Shown here piece by piece: positions 1-11,959 of a stretch of 64,000 bases of DNA (positions are counted from its first letter, which is position 1; every line of letters begins with the position of its first letter). The translations under genes and the position numbers were made by a program. Under the pieces are notes generated by a model. That model had not been told where the DNA came from, did not search any database, and worked only from the letters and a program-made list of their open reading frames with translations. Source of the stretch: an uncultured Pseudomonadota bacterium (lineage in GTDB: Bacteria; Pseudomonadota; Gammaproteobacteria; Burkholderiales; Casimicrobiaceae); the NCBI GenBank assembly GCA_963768545.1, contig CAVYIC010000006.1, positions 97,626-161,625 of the forward strand. The letters run 5' to 3'.

Positions 1-674
1 GATGGGCGGCACGATCAAGGGCATCGTGGACATCACCAAGGCGATTCCCGACGACTGCTCGCTGTCGTTCTCGCTGGTGCTGCAGCTGCAGCCGATCCTC
101 GTCAACCTCGATTGCCTGATCAAGATCGTCAAGGTCATCCAGCCGATGATCGACGTCGTCACGGGGCTCGCGAAGGCGCCGCCGGATCGTCGAAGGTCGG
201 CGCAGGCGATCCCGAAGCTGCTGGAGGCGGTGCCGCCGCTGGTCGAATGCATCACGCAAATTCGTCGGCACGGGCATCCCCCTCTTCGTGCGCGACCTGC
301 TGATGCTGATCGCGAAGCTCCTCAGCTGCATCGCGCAGCAGCTGCGCAGCATCCTGAACGTCATGGGCGGGCTGGCGCTGCAGATCGGCTCCGCGCGGCG
401 CGAACGGCAATACGCGAGCTGCTGGCGACCCTCCAGTGCGCGCAGGAGAACGCGCAGAACTCGGCGCAGGGCATGATGTCGGCGATCGACCCGGTGTTCG
501 TGCTGCTGTCGCTGGCCGAGCCGTTCCTCGGCATGGCCGGCGTCGATCCGATCAAGACGCCGCAGATCGGCTCGGACGCCGACCTCGAAAGCCTGCAGAA
601 CGCTCGTCGACGACGCTCGAGGAGCTGTCGAAGACGCTCGAATTCATCGCCCGAGGGGCTGGGAGCGCCAGTGA
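1..674 (+). CDS. Hypothetical helical/hydrophobic eCIS-associated protein (5' partial, frameshifted)
   Basis: Protein-like frames (GGTIKGIVDITKAIPDDCSLSFSLVLQLQPIL...; RDLLMLIAKLLSCIAQQL...; LQCAQENAQNSAQGMMSAIDPVFVLLSLAEPFLGMAG). A TGA at 672-674 overlaps the gp25 ATG. Confidence 0.6.
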
Positions 675-1080
675 TGCAGGGACCGCGCGACTTCCTCGGC
701 ACCGGCCTGCGCTTTCCGCTGCAGGTCGACGCCCGCCGGGCGGCATCGCCACGGCCAGCGCCGAGCAGCGCGATCGAGGAGTCGATCTACCTGATCCTCG
801 GCGACCAAGCTCGGCGAGCGGGTGATGCTGCCGGCGTTCGGCTGCGCGATCCACGATCTGGTGTTCGCGCCGAACAACGCGGCGACGCGTACCCGCGCGA
901 TCGACGCCGTGCGCGCGCGCGCTCGTGCCGTCCGAGCCGCGCATCGACGTGCTGGACGTGTCGGCGACGAGCGCGCCCGGCGAGCCGAACCTGCTGCTCG
1001 TCCGGGTCGACTACCGGATCCGCGCCAACAACGCGATCGGCAACCTCGTCTATCCGTTCTTCATCGCGGAAGCGTCGTAA
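674..1080 (+). CDS. GPW/gp25 family baseplate protein (eCIS, Afp9/Pvc9-like), frameshifted
   Basis: MQGPRDFLGTGLRFPLQVD...IEESIYLILG...GERVMLPAFGCAIHDLVF...EPRIDVLDV...RVDYRIRANNAIGNLVYPFFI* is the typical gp25 pattern, read across 3 frames. Confidence 0.88.
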
Positions 1081-1081
1081 C

Positions 1082-3069
1082 ATGCCGCTCGCCGACCGAA
1101 TTTCCGGTCATCGACGACCGCCGCTACGACGACCTGGTCGCCGAGGCGCGCACGCGCATCCCGCGCTACACGCCGGAGTGGACCGACCTCAACGACAACG
1201 ATCCGGGCATGGCGGTGGTGCAGCTGCTGGCCTGGATGACCGAGCTGCTGATCTACCGCCTCGGCCAGGTGCCCGAGCTCAACTACCTCAAGTTCCTCGA
1301 GCTGCTCGGCATCGAGCTCGACGCCGGCGCGAGCCGGCGCGCGTCGAGGTCAGCTTTCCCGTCGTGGCGACGTTCACCGAGCCGACGGTCATCGTGCCGC
1401 TGCATACGCAGGTCGCGGCCGAGATCCCGGACGCGACAGCGCCGATCGTCTTCGAGACCGAGCGCGCGCTCATCGCGCTCACGGCGCGACTCGCGCGGTG
1501 CAGCTCGACAGCGGCTTCGACATCGTCGACGTCAGCGCCGCCAACGACGACGCGCAGACGGGCTTCGCGCCGTTCGGCCACGACGCGCGCGCCTCGGCAG
1601 CGCGCTGATGCTCGGCTTCGACTCGGCGCTCGACTTCCCGAGCGTCGAGCTCGACCTGATGTTCTGGGTCGAAGACCGCGCGCGCGCGCGGCCCGGTCTA
1701 TGCCGACTGCGGCGACGACGGCACCGCCGCCGGCGACGATCGCCTGGGAGTACTGGAACGGCGCCGAATGGCAACCGCTCGATCTGCTGAAGGACGAGAC
1801 CGTCGCGTTCACGCGCAGCGGGCATGTCGAGCCTGCTTGCGCCGCGCCGAAGGCGCTCACCGGGCCGCTGCAGCGCGCAGCACTCGGCCAGGTTCCGGAT
1901 CTTCGCTACTGGATTCGCGCGCGGCTCGTCGACGGCGCCTATCAGCGCGCGCCGCAGCTGCTCGCGGTGCGGACGAACACCGTTCCGGCGTTGCAGGCGC
2001 AGACAGTCGACGCCGAGGTGCTCGGGACGCGCGACCGGCTCGACGACCAGGTGTTCACGCTCGCGAACAGCCCGGTGCTGGCGGGCACGCTGAAGCTCGT
2101 CATCGACGAGGGCCGCGGCGAAGAGGATTGGGACGAGGTCGCCGACTTCTTCGCGTCGGGCCCGGACGACCGGCATTACGTGCTGAACCGGACGCACCGG
2201 CGAAGTTCGCTTCGGACGACGGCAAGCAGATGCGCGTGCCGATCGCAAACCCGAACCGGCCGGTCAACGTCATCGCGCTCGCTTACCGTTTCGGCGGCGG
2301 CCGCCGCGGGAACGTGCGGCGCGGGAACGCTCACGAACCTGCGCGGCAATGTCGCGGGCATCGACGCGGGCGGCGTCGACGAACCTGATGCCCGCCTACG
2401 GCGGCGGCGACGAGGAGACGCTCGATGCTGCGCGCGAGCGCGCGCTCGCAGACGCTGAAGAGCCACGACCGCGCGGTGACCGTCGAGGACTTCGAGCTGC
2501 ATGCGCGCGCGGCGGGCGACATGGCGCGCGCGAAGGCGCTGCCGCTGTTCCATCCGCGAGTTCGCAGGGGTCGACGTGCCGGGCGTGGTGAGCGTGATCG
2601 TCGTTCCGTTCAGCGCCGAAGCCGATCCCCTGACCGATCCGGCGCCGATGCCGACCGAGGGAACGCTGCGCGCGGTGTGCGCGTATCTCGAGCCTCGACG
2701 CCTTGCGACGGTCGAGCTGTACACGCTGGCGCCCAGGTACAGCGAGATCGCGATCAAAGCGACGCTGGTGTGCCGGAGCGACGCCGACCTCGCGGAAGTC
2801 GAAGCAGCAGGCCCTGTCGGTGCTTGCGACGTACTTCCATCCGCTCGTACGGCGGCGAAGACGGCAGCGGCTGGCCCTTCGGCGAGGACATCGTGTACTC
2901 CGCCCTGCTGCAACGCCTGATGTTCGGCGGCGTTCGCCGAGTGAACGACGTCGAGATCAACCTCGATCGCAAAGTGCAACCCGCGTGCAGCGACGTCCCG
3001 ATCGCCACGAATGCGCTCCTCGAGAGCGGCACGCATCAGATTACCGTGCAGTACGAGGACGCGTCATGA
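1082..3069 (+). CDS. Putative baseplate assembly protein (baseplate J/gp6-like, Afp11-like), frameshifted
   Basis: N-terminal IDDRRYDDLVAEARTRIPRYTPEWTDLNDNDPG...LIYRLGQVPELNYLKFLELLG; internal YRFGGGRRGNV, GGGDEETLD, RAVTVEDFE; C-terminal GWPFG. Confidence 0.9.
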
Positions 3070-5278
3070 ACGCGCCTTATCTTCCTTTCGTCGCACGCGC
3101 CGCCGCACGATCCGCGCACGCTTACGCTCGACCGGCGGCATGGCTGGCATGCGGCGACCAGCCCGCTGCTGATCGAACGCGTCGGCGTCGAACCGCTCTG
3201 CGGCGGCCTCGAGTTGAACCCGCTGCCCGGCACGGGGCGATTGCTCGCGGAGCCGAGCGGCAGCTTCGCCGGGCTCGTGTGGCCCGATCACGTCGCGCCG
3301 CTGCCGGATGGAACGCTCATCCTGCTCGACCGGCGCAACCATCGGCTGCTCGTGCTCGATCGGTGCGAATGCGCGTTCGTCGACTGGCCCTGCCTCCACG
3401 AAAACGACGTGCGCCTCCCGCTGGAAGTCACGGCGATCGCGATGGCGTGCGGTCAGCTGCTGCTGCTCGCGCCGGACCTGCATCGGATCATCGTCGTGAA
3501 CGCGCGCAGCGGCGCGCTGCGCGGCGCATGGCGCGGACCGAAGCTCGCGAGCGGACGACCGTGGACCCCGAGCGGCGCAGCGGTGACGTGCGATCGCCGC
3601 ATTCTGGTCGCGGATGCGGCCAACGGCGGCATCCACGTGGTCTCCCCTCGCGGCGTTCTGCTCGATTTCATCGGCGGGCTCGGGCGCCGTGCGCGCGCTG
3701 GCGGTCGATTGCGAGGATCGCGTGTACGTTCGCCGGGATGGCGCCGATGACGTGGCCATCGTCGATCTCCTCACGAAGCAGATCGTCGGCAGCGCGACGC
3801 GACCGGGCGAGATCGCGGGGCGTTTCGCCTGTCTTCCGATCGACGTGCATGCGGGTGGCGCGATCGACATCGCGGCGCTGTGCATGCCGCCCCGGACTAC
3901 GCCGGCGCCGATCGACGTGGACGGCACTGCGCTTCCGGCGAGCTTCGCGGATGCGCAGCCCGTCTATCCGAAAGACGGCACCTGGACGAGCGCTGCGCTC
4001 GACAGCGAGATCGCCGCGTGCGTGTGGGACCGCATCACGTTATGCGGTCGCCTGCCACGCGAAGGGCACATCGAGGTGTCGACGTTGAGCGCGGAGACGG
4101 TTCTTCCCGACGACGAGCTCGCCGACCCGCAAGCGCTATGGCGCAGCGCCGGTCGATGGCGCTTCGACGAGGACGCGACCGGATGCGCGAGCACCGATTT
4201 CATGCTGCGCTCGCCACCGGGCCGCTACCTCTGGGTGCGATTGCGCTTCGCCGGCGCGTCGAGCGCGTCACCGCGCGTCGACTGCATCATGGTCGACTTC
4301 CCGCGCGTCAGCTTGCGCCGTTATCTCCCGGCCATATTCGGCGCGGACGCGATCGCCGCCGAGTTCACCGATCGCTGGCTTGCGATTCTCGATCGCAGCT
4401 TGCGCGATGTGGAGGACAAGGTCGACGAGCAGGCGGCGCTTTTCGATCCGCTCGCAGCACCCGCGGCGCCCGACGTTGCGCCGGAGCGGGACTTTCTCGC
4501 GTTCCTCGCGAGCTGGGTCGGCATCACGGTGGTGCGCACGATGCCGCTTGCGCGGCAGCGTCGCTTCGTGAAGTTCGCACCTCGCCTCTTCGCCTGGCGC
4601 GGAACGGTGCGCGGCCTTCGAAGCACGCTGTACCTCTTTCTGGGGCTGGACCGGTGGGTGGACTACACGCCTCGGGAATGCGAGTGCGTGCCGTGCGTCG
4701 AGCAGGATGCGCGCACGTCCTGCTGGCGACCCCCGCGCCTGATCCTCGAGCATTTTCAGCTGCGCCGCTGGCTCGCGCTCGATCATGCGCGCCTGTCGGA
4801 TGCGGCGAAGCTGTGGGGCGCACGCATCGTGAATCGCAGCCGCCTCGAGAGCCAGACCGCGATCCTCGCCGGCGGCGCGACCGATGGCGCACGGGTCGGT
4901 GTCACGCAGCTCGAGACTTCGCAGGATCCCCACCGCGATCCGTTCCACGTCTACGCGCACCGGCTCTCGATCTTCGTGCCTGCGGCGTGTGCACGGCGGC
5001 CGCCGCTTGCGCGCGCCTTGCAACAGCTGATCGAGGACGAACGGCCAGCGCACGTGCAGGTGAACCTCGTGCTCGTCGAGCCGCGCTTTCGCGTCGGTGT
5101 CCAGTCGATGCTCGGGCTCGACGCCGTCATCGGTGTCCGTCCCGTGCCACCGGTGCTCGACACGATGCAGCTCGGGCGCGGCACCGTGCTGGCGGGCGCT
5201 GGAGACACGCCGGGCAAACCGCGACTTCCGTCGCACGTCGGCGCGGTACGCGTCGGCATGAACACCCTTCTTTCGTAG
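3066..5278 (+). CDS. Phage tail protein I-like (baseplate wedge) protein with N-terminal NHL/beta-propeller-like region, frameshifted
   Basis: ATGA overlap with the baseplate gene. C-terminal RYLPAIFG...FTDRWLAILD...FLAFLASWVG...LFAWRGTVRGL...IEDERPAHV. N-terminal repeats such as ILLDRRNHRLLV and ILVADAANGGIHV. Confidence 0.82.
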
Positions 5279-5285
5279 GTGACGC

Positions 5286-7743
5286 ATGGGCCATTCCGAT
5301 CACATGACCGCGTGCTTGCAAACGGATGTCTGCCCCCCGTGCGAGACGCACACACCGCTTCGCAACAACTACTTCTTCGGCAAGCTGATGGACGTGCCCG
5401 ACTTCGACGTCGAGCAGCTCTACGTCGTCGAGAAGTTCCGCCGGCATCACGCCCGGCTGCACGGCCATGGTGTCGTGTGCGGGCTCGAGGTCGTTGCCCA
5501 CGAAGTGCCGGCGTGCCGCGACCGCTACCTCGTCGTCAAACCGGGGACCGCGCTCGATTGCTGCGGCAACGAAATCCTCGTGTTGCACGAGGAAACGATC
5601 GACATCACGTCGTTCCCGGCGATCGCCGCACTCTTCGCGAGCCCGCCGGGCGAGCAGGACCACGCGTTGCAGCTCTGCATCCGGTACCAGGAGTGCCCGA
5701 CGGAAGAGATACCCGTCCTCTTCGACGAATGCGGCTGCGACGATACGCGCTGCGCGCCCAACCGCATCCTCGAGACCTATGCGTTCGATCTGCTGCTCGA
5801 TCCGAAGCTGCCGCCGCCGCTTCCGCCGCATGCGCCGGAGCTCGACTGGAAAACGACGCTCGCGCTCGCCGGCGCGAAGGCACTCGCGATCGATGATCTT
5901 GGCATCTACGTCGCGGCCGACCAGTCGCCGACCGGTGGCATCATCGAGCAATACAAGCGCGACAGCTTCGCGCCCGTCGCGCCGCGCACCTTCGCGACGC
6001 GCATCCTCGCCATCGCGCTCAATGCGTCGGGCGACCGGCTCTTCGCCGCGGTTGCGGGCGCGACCGCCGCCGACAAGGCACAGCTCCATCGCATCGACAC
6101 CACGAGTCCGAGCGCGTTCTCGACAGGCGCCACCGACCCGGTCGACATCCCGGGCAGCGACAGCGCGCAAAGCGTGCGAGTGCTCGCGCTGCCCTCCGGA
6201 GAGCTCGCCACGCTCGTCGTGAAAGGCGGTGCCGGGACGTTGCAGATCTGGGACGTCACGGCCGCCGCAATGAGCGCGATCGCAGGACGCACCGCGAACG
6301 TCGCCGCGACGCTCGTGGACTGGGCGCTCGGGACCGACAAACGCGTCTACGCCGCGGAAACTGCCGGCAAGGTTGATCACTTCGATACGACGGTGGCCGG
6401 TCTCGATCCGAAGACGATCAATATCGCATCGACGAACGTCGTCGCCTTTGCAATCGCAACGAGCACGGCGCCCGATCTCCTCGCGTGGGTAGAGGGCGCA
6501 GCGCCCGCATTGAAGGTCGCCAAGCTCGACGGGACTGGCCTGAAGAGCGTGACGCTCCCGAGAAGCCCGTCGCATTCGCCATCGACGACGGCGCGCAATA
6601 CGGGTACGTGCTGGAGCAGCCGGCAACGGGGAACGCGCTCGTGCAAATCGTCGATCTGCATCGCCTGTTGCTCGGGCAACCCGACGTCCTCGGCAACATG
6701 ATGCCGATCGGTGCAGGCGCAACGGCGCTCGTGCTCCACCGCCAGCTCTTCGCCGCCTACCAGGACGGCGTTGCCGTGCTCGACGTGATCGGGGATGACT
6801 GCGGCGAATACCTGCGGCCGCATGCCTGTCCGTCCTGCGATACCGCCGATTGCGTGGTGCTCGCGACGATCCAGCACTGGCGCCCAGGGTGGCAACTGGA
6901 AAACGTCACCGATCCGCCTTCGGATCCCATGGCGGACGCCGCCGCGCACATCGCGCGCATCGACAATCTGCTCGGTCGCCGTGTCGTGCCGAGCGTCGCC
7001 GAACTGATGCAGGCGGTGCTGTGCCTGCTCGAGCACGGCGACGGCAAGGAAGGGCCGCAAGGGCCGCCGGGAGACCCGGGCGCTCCGGGCGCGGGTGTCC
7101 GGGCGCGCCTGGGGCTTCGGGTGCAACGGGTGCAACGGGTGCTCCCGGCAAGGATGGCGCCGGCCTCGACCTCTTCTATCCGCACGTGTGCGACCTCAGC
7201 TGGCAGCACGGCGCGCAGCTCACCAATGCCCAGTTCCAGAAGCTGCTGCGGCAAGGCATGTTCATCGCATTCGACACGGACATGGTCGCGGCCGACTTCA
7301 CGATCGACACGGTGATCGTGCAAGTGATGCATCCGCAGGAGGTGCAGGATCAATTCTTCCTCAACTGCTGGTGCGAGCTCGATCTGCACCGATCGCATCC
7401 AGACGGGCAGGCTCGAACATGCCTGTGACGTCTCGAGCGCGTTCACGCAGGGTGGCGCCATGGCGACCGCAATCAGGATCGACATTCGCGATCTTCGGCG
7501 TGGCCATTCGCCGGCGCGCGCCAGGCGCTGCGCGTGCGCGTGATCCTCGAGAGCGACTTCATCCGCGGCAAGCACCTCACGACGGGCAAGCTGCGCGCGC
7601 TCGACGGCGATCACCTGCCAACCGTCGACGCGGGCTCGCCGCCCAACCCGAGCTGGCTGCAGCCGGGCGACAAGCGCTCGAGCGGCGATGGCGTCGAGGG
7701 CGGCGACTTTCGAGAGCTGGTTCAGCGTCGCGGTCAGGGCTGA
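5286..7743 (+). CDS. eCIS fibre/baseplate-attached protein A (RNNYFFGKLM domain, beta-propeller-like middle, collagen-like repeat), frameshifted
   Basis: RNNYFFGKLMDVPDFDVEQLY...RLHGHGVVCGLEV; beta-rich repeats; CPSCDTADCVVLATI...RIDNLLGRR; Gly-X-Y run; ends SGDGVEGG.FESWFSV. Confidence 0.7.
7045..7165 (+). repeat. Collagen-like (Gly-X-Y)n coding repeat
   Basis: GDGKEGPQGPPGDPGAPGA...GAPGASGATGATGAPGKDGAG across a frameshift. Confidence 0.8.
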
Positions 7744-7768
7744 TCGGACGGCGACAAGGAGATCCGAC

Positions 7769-9660
7769 ATGGCAACAGCATCACCGACCTCTACCGCAGG
7801 CGCCAGGGCACCGAGCCTCACGACATGCGCGCCCCCGAGCCGCCAGCTGCACGACCTGCGGCATGCTCGAATGCGTCTGCCGGCCGCGCTTCTTCGCCGG
7901 CCAGGTGCTCAACGCCGACGACCTCAACCGGCTCGACGCCTACATCCGCGCCAAGCATCGCCTGCACAACCGCCAGCTGCACGGCTGGGGCGTCGTCAAC
8001 GGCCTCGAGGTGATGTGCAATCCCTGCGGCGACGGCGTGGCGGTGGGCTGCGGCTACGCGCTCAGCCCGTGCGGCGAGGACATCGTCGTCTGCGACGCGG
8101 TCACCGTCGACGTGTGCGACCTGATCCTGCCGCTGCAAGGACGCCGAGAGGCCAAGCGCGGCCCGTGCCTGCCGTTCCAGCATCCGCAAACGGTCGGCTG
8201 CGATGCCGGCGAAGAGGAATGGATCCTTGCGATCCGCTACGCGAGAAGCCCGCGCGCGGCGTCAAGCCGCTGTACGCGCCGGCCGACGTCGACTGCGGCT
8301 GCTCGTGCGGCAAGAGCGACATTGCTCGCTGCGGCGGCGGCAGCACGAAGACCCTCGTGCGGCTGCGGCGCGAAAGCGCGTCCCAATGCAGCTGCGGGCG
8401 AGCACGAAGCCGCGCGGCGCGCCGGTGCAGTGCGAGCCACCGTCGATCTGCGAAGGCTTCGAATTCGAGGTCTATCGCGGAGCCGCCGCCGAAAGCCGTC
8501 GATCCGGACGACGCGGCAGCGACGATCAACCTGGACTCGCCGCTCGATCGCAGCGCTTCCGCTGTTGCTACAACGAGCTGGTCACGAACGCACCGCAGAT
8601 GCCCGGACCGTTCAACGCCGGCGCGTCGCGGGCGACCCGAATCAGCTGGAACGCCTGGTACCAGTGGGCCTGCCGCTACAAGGAGCATCTGCTGCGCCAC
8701 TTCCAATACTCGCCTCGGCTACAACTGCGCTCTACTCGCGCAACTGTCCGTGCTGGTGATCGTGATGCCGAATCCGGCAGGCATGCCGGCTTTCATCTGG
8801 GCCGTGGTCCTCATGTTCCTCGTGCTGCTCGATGCGCTGTTCGCATGCCTCTGCTCGGCGTTGCTACCGCCCGTGCCCGATGCCCACCGACGAGACCCGC
8901 GTACCCCTCGCGACGCTTCACGTCGCCACCACCCGTGCCGCGTGCTGCGCGTATGCAACTGGACGGTCGAGCGCAAGTTCGCAACGACCTTCCCGTCGCT
9001 GCAATACTGGCTCTCGGCCCTGCCCTATGGCACCGCGCTGCGGCAGGCGCTGCAGGCGCTTGCTGCTTCGACGTGACGTCGATCTTCCGCAAACAGTTTC
9101 AAATGCGCGAAATGCGCGGAGCCGGTGAACGCGGCGGGTGAAGAACCCGCCCGGCCAGCCCGCTCCCGCCGCGTCGGACACCGGCGGCGCCGGCACGAAC
9201 GCGGCCGTCGCGTTCTTCCGCCGAGCAGGCGATGCTGCGCCTCGATCCGACGTTCGCGAAGGCGAAGCAGGTCAGCGACGCGTCCGCGCTGCTCGCGGAG
9301 ACGATGCTTCTCCGGCAAACCGCTCGAACCGGAACGGCTTGATGAACACGCTGCTCGCTGCGCAAAGCGACGGCGCCAAGCTCTCGCCGCTTCAAAGCGC
9401 GAACCTGCCGCAGATGCTGCTGCTGAACCAGATCGCGAAGCCAATGGCGCAGGCGGCGCTCGACCCGTTCTCATCCAGGGTTCGCGGCTCGGAGGTTTCG
9501 CCCGCAGGCGCGCATTCCACGGGCGGGGAAGCGAGACACGACCGCGATGCGCGAAGAGATCGCCAACCTGCGCGCAACCATCGAGCGCCACGCTGCGGAG
9601 CTCGAGCGCCTGAAGGCGGCGGCCGGAACCGGCTCGCGGCCGCGGAAGGGACACCGATGA
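7769..9660 (+). CDS. eCIS fibre/baseplate-attached protein B (Cys-rich, hydrophobic segment, C-terminal coiled coil), frameshifted
   Basis: AAGGAG RBS before ATG 7769; RPRFFAGQVLNADDLNRL...RQLHGWGVVNGLEV; DCGCSCG; IWAVVLMFLVLLDALFACLCSALLPP; ends REEIANLRATIERHAAELERLK...*. Confidence 0.7.
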
Positions 9661-11959
9661 GCACCGCTTTCGCCGAACGCCCGCACTTCTTCGAGGGCCA
9701 ATACCTCGGCGCCGACGATCTGGAGGTATTGCTCGGTTATCTGCGCGACCAGGCCGCCCGGCATCTGCTCGGCCCGCACACGGTGGGCATCGTCGCCGGC
9801 ATCGATCTCGCGAGCCGCCTCGATGCAGCCGGGGCGACCGAGTATTTCCTGACCCCGGGCATCGCGCATCGACGGCTATGGCCGGCTGATCGTGGTCCTC
9901 GCTCCTTACAAGCTCGACGCCGCCCTGTTCGCGCAGCAGCCGACCGGGCTCGTCAACGTCTGGATCCGCTACGACGAGGCATCGGCCGGCGGCGTGCGAC
10001 GCGGCTTCGAAGTCTGCGACGCCGCCGATGCCTATGCGCGCGTCACCGAATCGTTCGCGGTCGAGATCGGTTTGCGCAACACGATCGCGCAGCGCCAAGC
10101 GGGCGTCTCCGTCGCGCGACGTCACGTTCACCGACGCGCGCGAGGCGCTCGGCAACTACCTGGCCGGCCGGCTCGACGCCGATCGCCTGCGACGCCTCGG
10201 TCGTCGGCGCAGCTCTTTCCGCCGAGCCGGACGATCCCGACCTGTGGCTCATTCCGCTCGGCCGCGTGCCGTGGACCCAGGGCGCGCCGGGCAGCTTCGG
10301 CGCGACGAGCGAGATCGTCGAGAAGCAGTCGATGCTGTTTCGCCGCCAGGCGGGCATCGTCGCCGAGTCGATCATCGCCGCCAACGGCCTCCTGCGGCTG
10401 CGCGCGCGCTGGCTCGACCGCGTTGCCGGGCAGACCGATCGACCAGCTCTGCCAGGCGAAAGCGCTGCAGGAGAAGGACCTCGTGCAATGCAACGGCCGC
10501 GTGCGACCGCTCGAGCCGATCTGGCTCGACGAGCACACGCGCTTTCGCGGCGACGCCCGCCTGTTCGGAACTCGCGTCGAATGGCAGGAGCCGGCGCGGC
10601 ACGGATTACCTCGGCAGGCGGCATGCGCTCGCGCTGCGCCGGCGCGCCGACAAGAACGAGCAGGACGGCCAGGACCTGCAGATGCTGCTCGGCAGCGCGT
10701 GGCGTGGTCCGACGCGTTTCGTGCATCGGCGCAGTCGCAGGCCAAGGGCCGATCCGTGCCAGATCGAGTTCGATTTCACGGCGGGCGTGATCGTGCAGGA
10801 CGATGCGAAGGTCGGCATCGGCACCGAGGCGACGGCGCTCGCTGCAGCCGCTCGACGATTCGCACGATCGGCGACAACGGCGATGCGATCGGCTTGCAGG
10901 CCGCGACGGCGCGATCGCCTGGCAGATCAACTTCGGCCCCGGCAAGGCGGGCTCAACTTCACGCAGACCGATGCCGACGCAGTCGAACTTCTTCATCGGC
11001 AACGACGGCAACGTCGGCATCGGAACGCTGACGCCCGGCGCGAAGCTCGACGTGCAGCAGGTGCCCTCGGCGCAGGGCAACGCGCTCGGTGCGGCCAAAT
11101 GGATGCAGATCGGCACGCGGCGGCGATCGCGGGCCGCGTCTGGTGGCAGTACGGCGGCCAGCTCGCGCCGCTGATGGTGATGAGCGACCTCGACGATCCG
11201 CCGCGCATCCAGTTCCAGCAGATCGGCGACCGGCGCACGAGGACGCGCCGCAGTTCCAGAGCTGGATCGGCCATGCGCGCCAGCTCGCCGGCGACATCGC
11301 GCTGATGGGCGGCAGCGTCGGCATCGGCACGCGTCGCCATCAATCGCACGCTGCACGTCGAGGGCTCCGAAATGCACAGCGGCGGCAGCGGGCGCGCGGC
11401 TTTTCGTTCGCCAATCGCGAGACGGCAACTTCGTCGAAGCCCGGCCGAACGGCGAGCGCTGGGTCTGGTACGCGCGCGACGGCGCCGCGCGGCTGTGGTC
11501 GGGCGAGCGACAAGCTCGCCGTGACGCCGCCGGGGCAAGTGGGCGTGGGCACCGACGCGCCCGCCGAACGCTCGACGTGCGCGGCAACATCAAGCTCGGC
11601 GCCAACGGGCGAGCTACTTCGCAATCGGCGCGCTCGACAATCTGCGCACCATGCCGCCGGCAAGCGTGTCCGGAGGCGGCAACGGCGGCCGGCAACGGCG
11701 TGGCCGTCGATGCACGTGCCGCTGCAGTCCGGCACCTATCTACGTGTCACGTTCCCGTGCCGTTCAATGCGGCGCCGGTCGTCATCGTGGCCACGCCCGT
11801 CGATCCGCAGCAACGAAGACAACACGATCTGCGTGAAGGACGTGTCCGGCGACGGCTTCACCGTCGTGAGCAGGGATATCGATCCGGACAGCGCGGACCG
11901 AACTGCGCAGGACTCGCGCGTTCAACTTCATCGCCGCTCGGGCTAGCGCGGGGAGCTGA
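9657..11959 (+). CDS. eCIS tail fibre protein C (GNVGIGT repeats, possible C-terminal lectin-like tip), frameshifted
   Basis: MSTAFAERPHFFEGQYLGADDL; repeats KVGIGT, GNVGIGT, GSVGIGT, GQVGVGT typical of trimeric fibre shafts; C-terminal VTFPVPFNAAPVVIVAT...DGFTVVS...FNFIA. Confidence 0.72.

Noticed and set aside
2-2458. 818-aa ORF as a single protein
   Set aside because: It is a chimera of three genes (hypothetical, gp25, baseplate J) joined by frameshifts, with out-of-frame Arg/Ala-rich filler.
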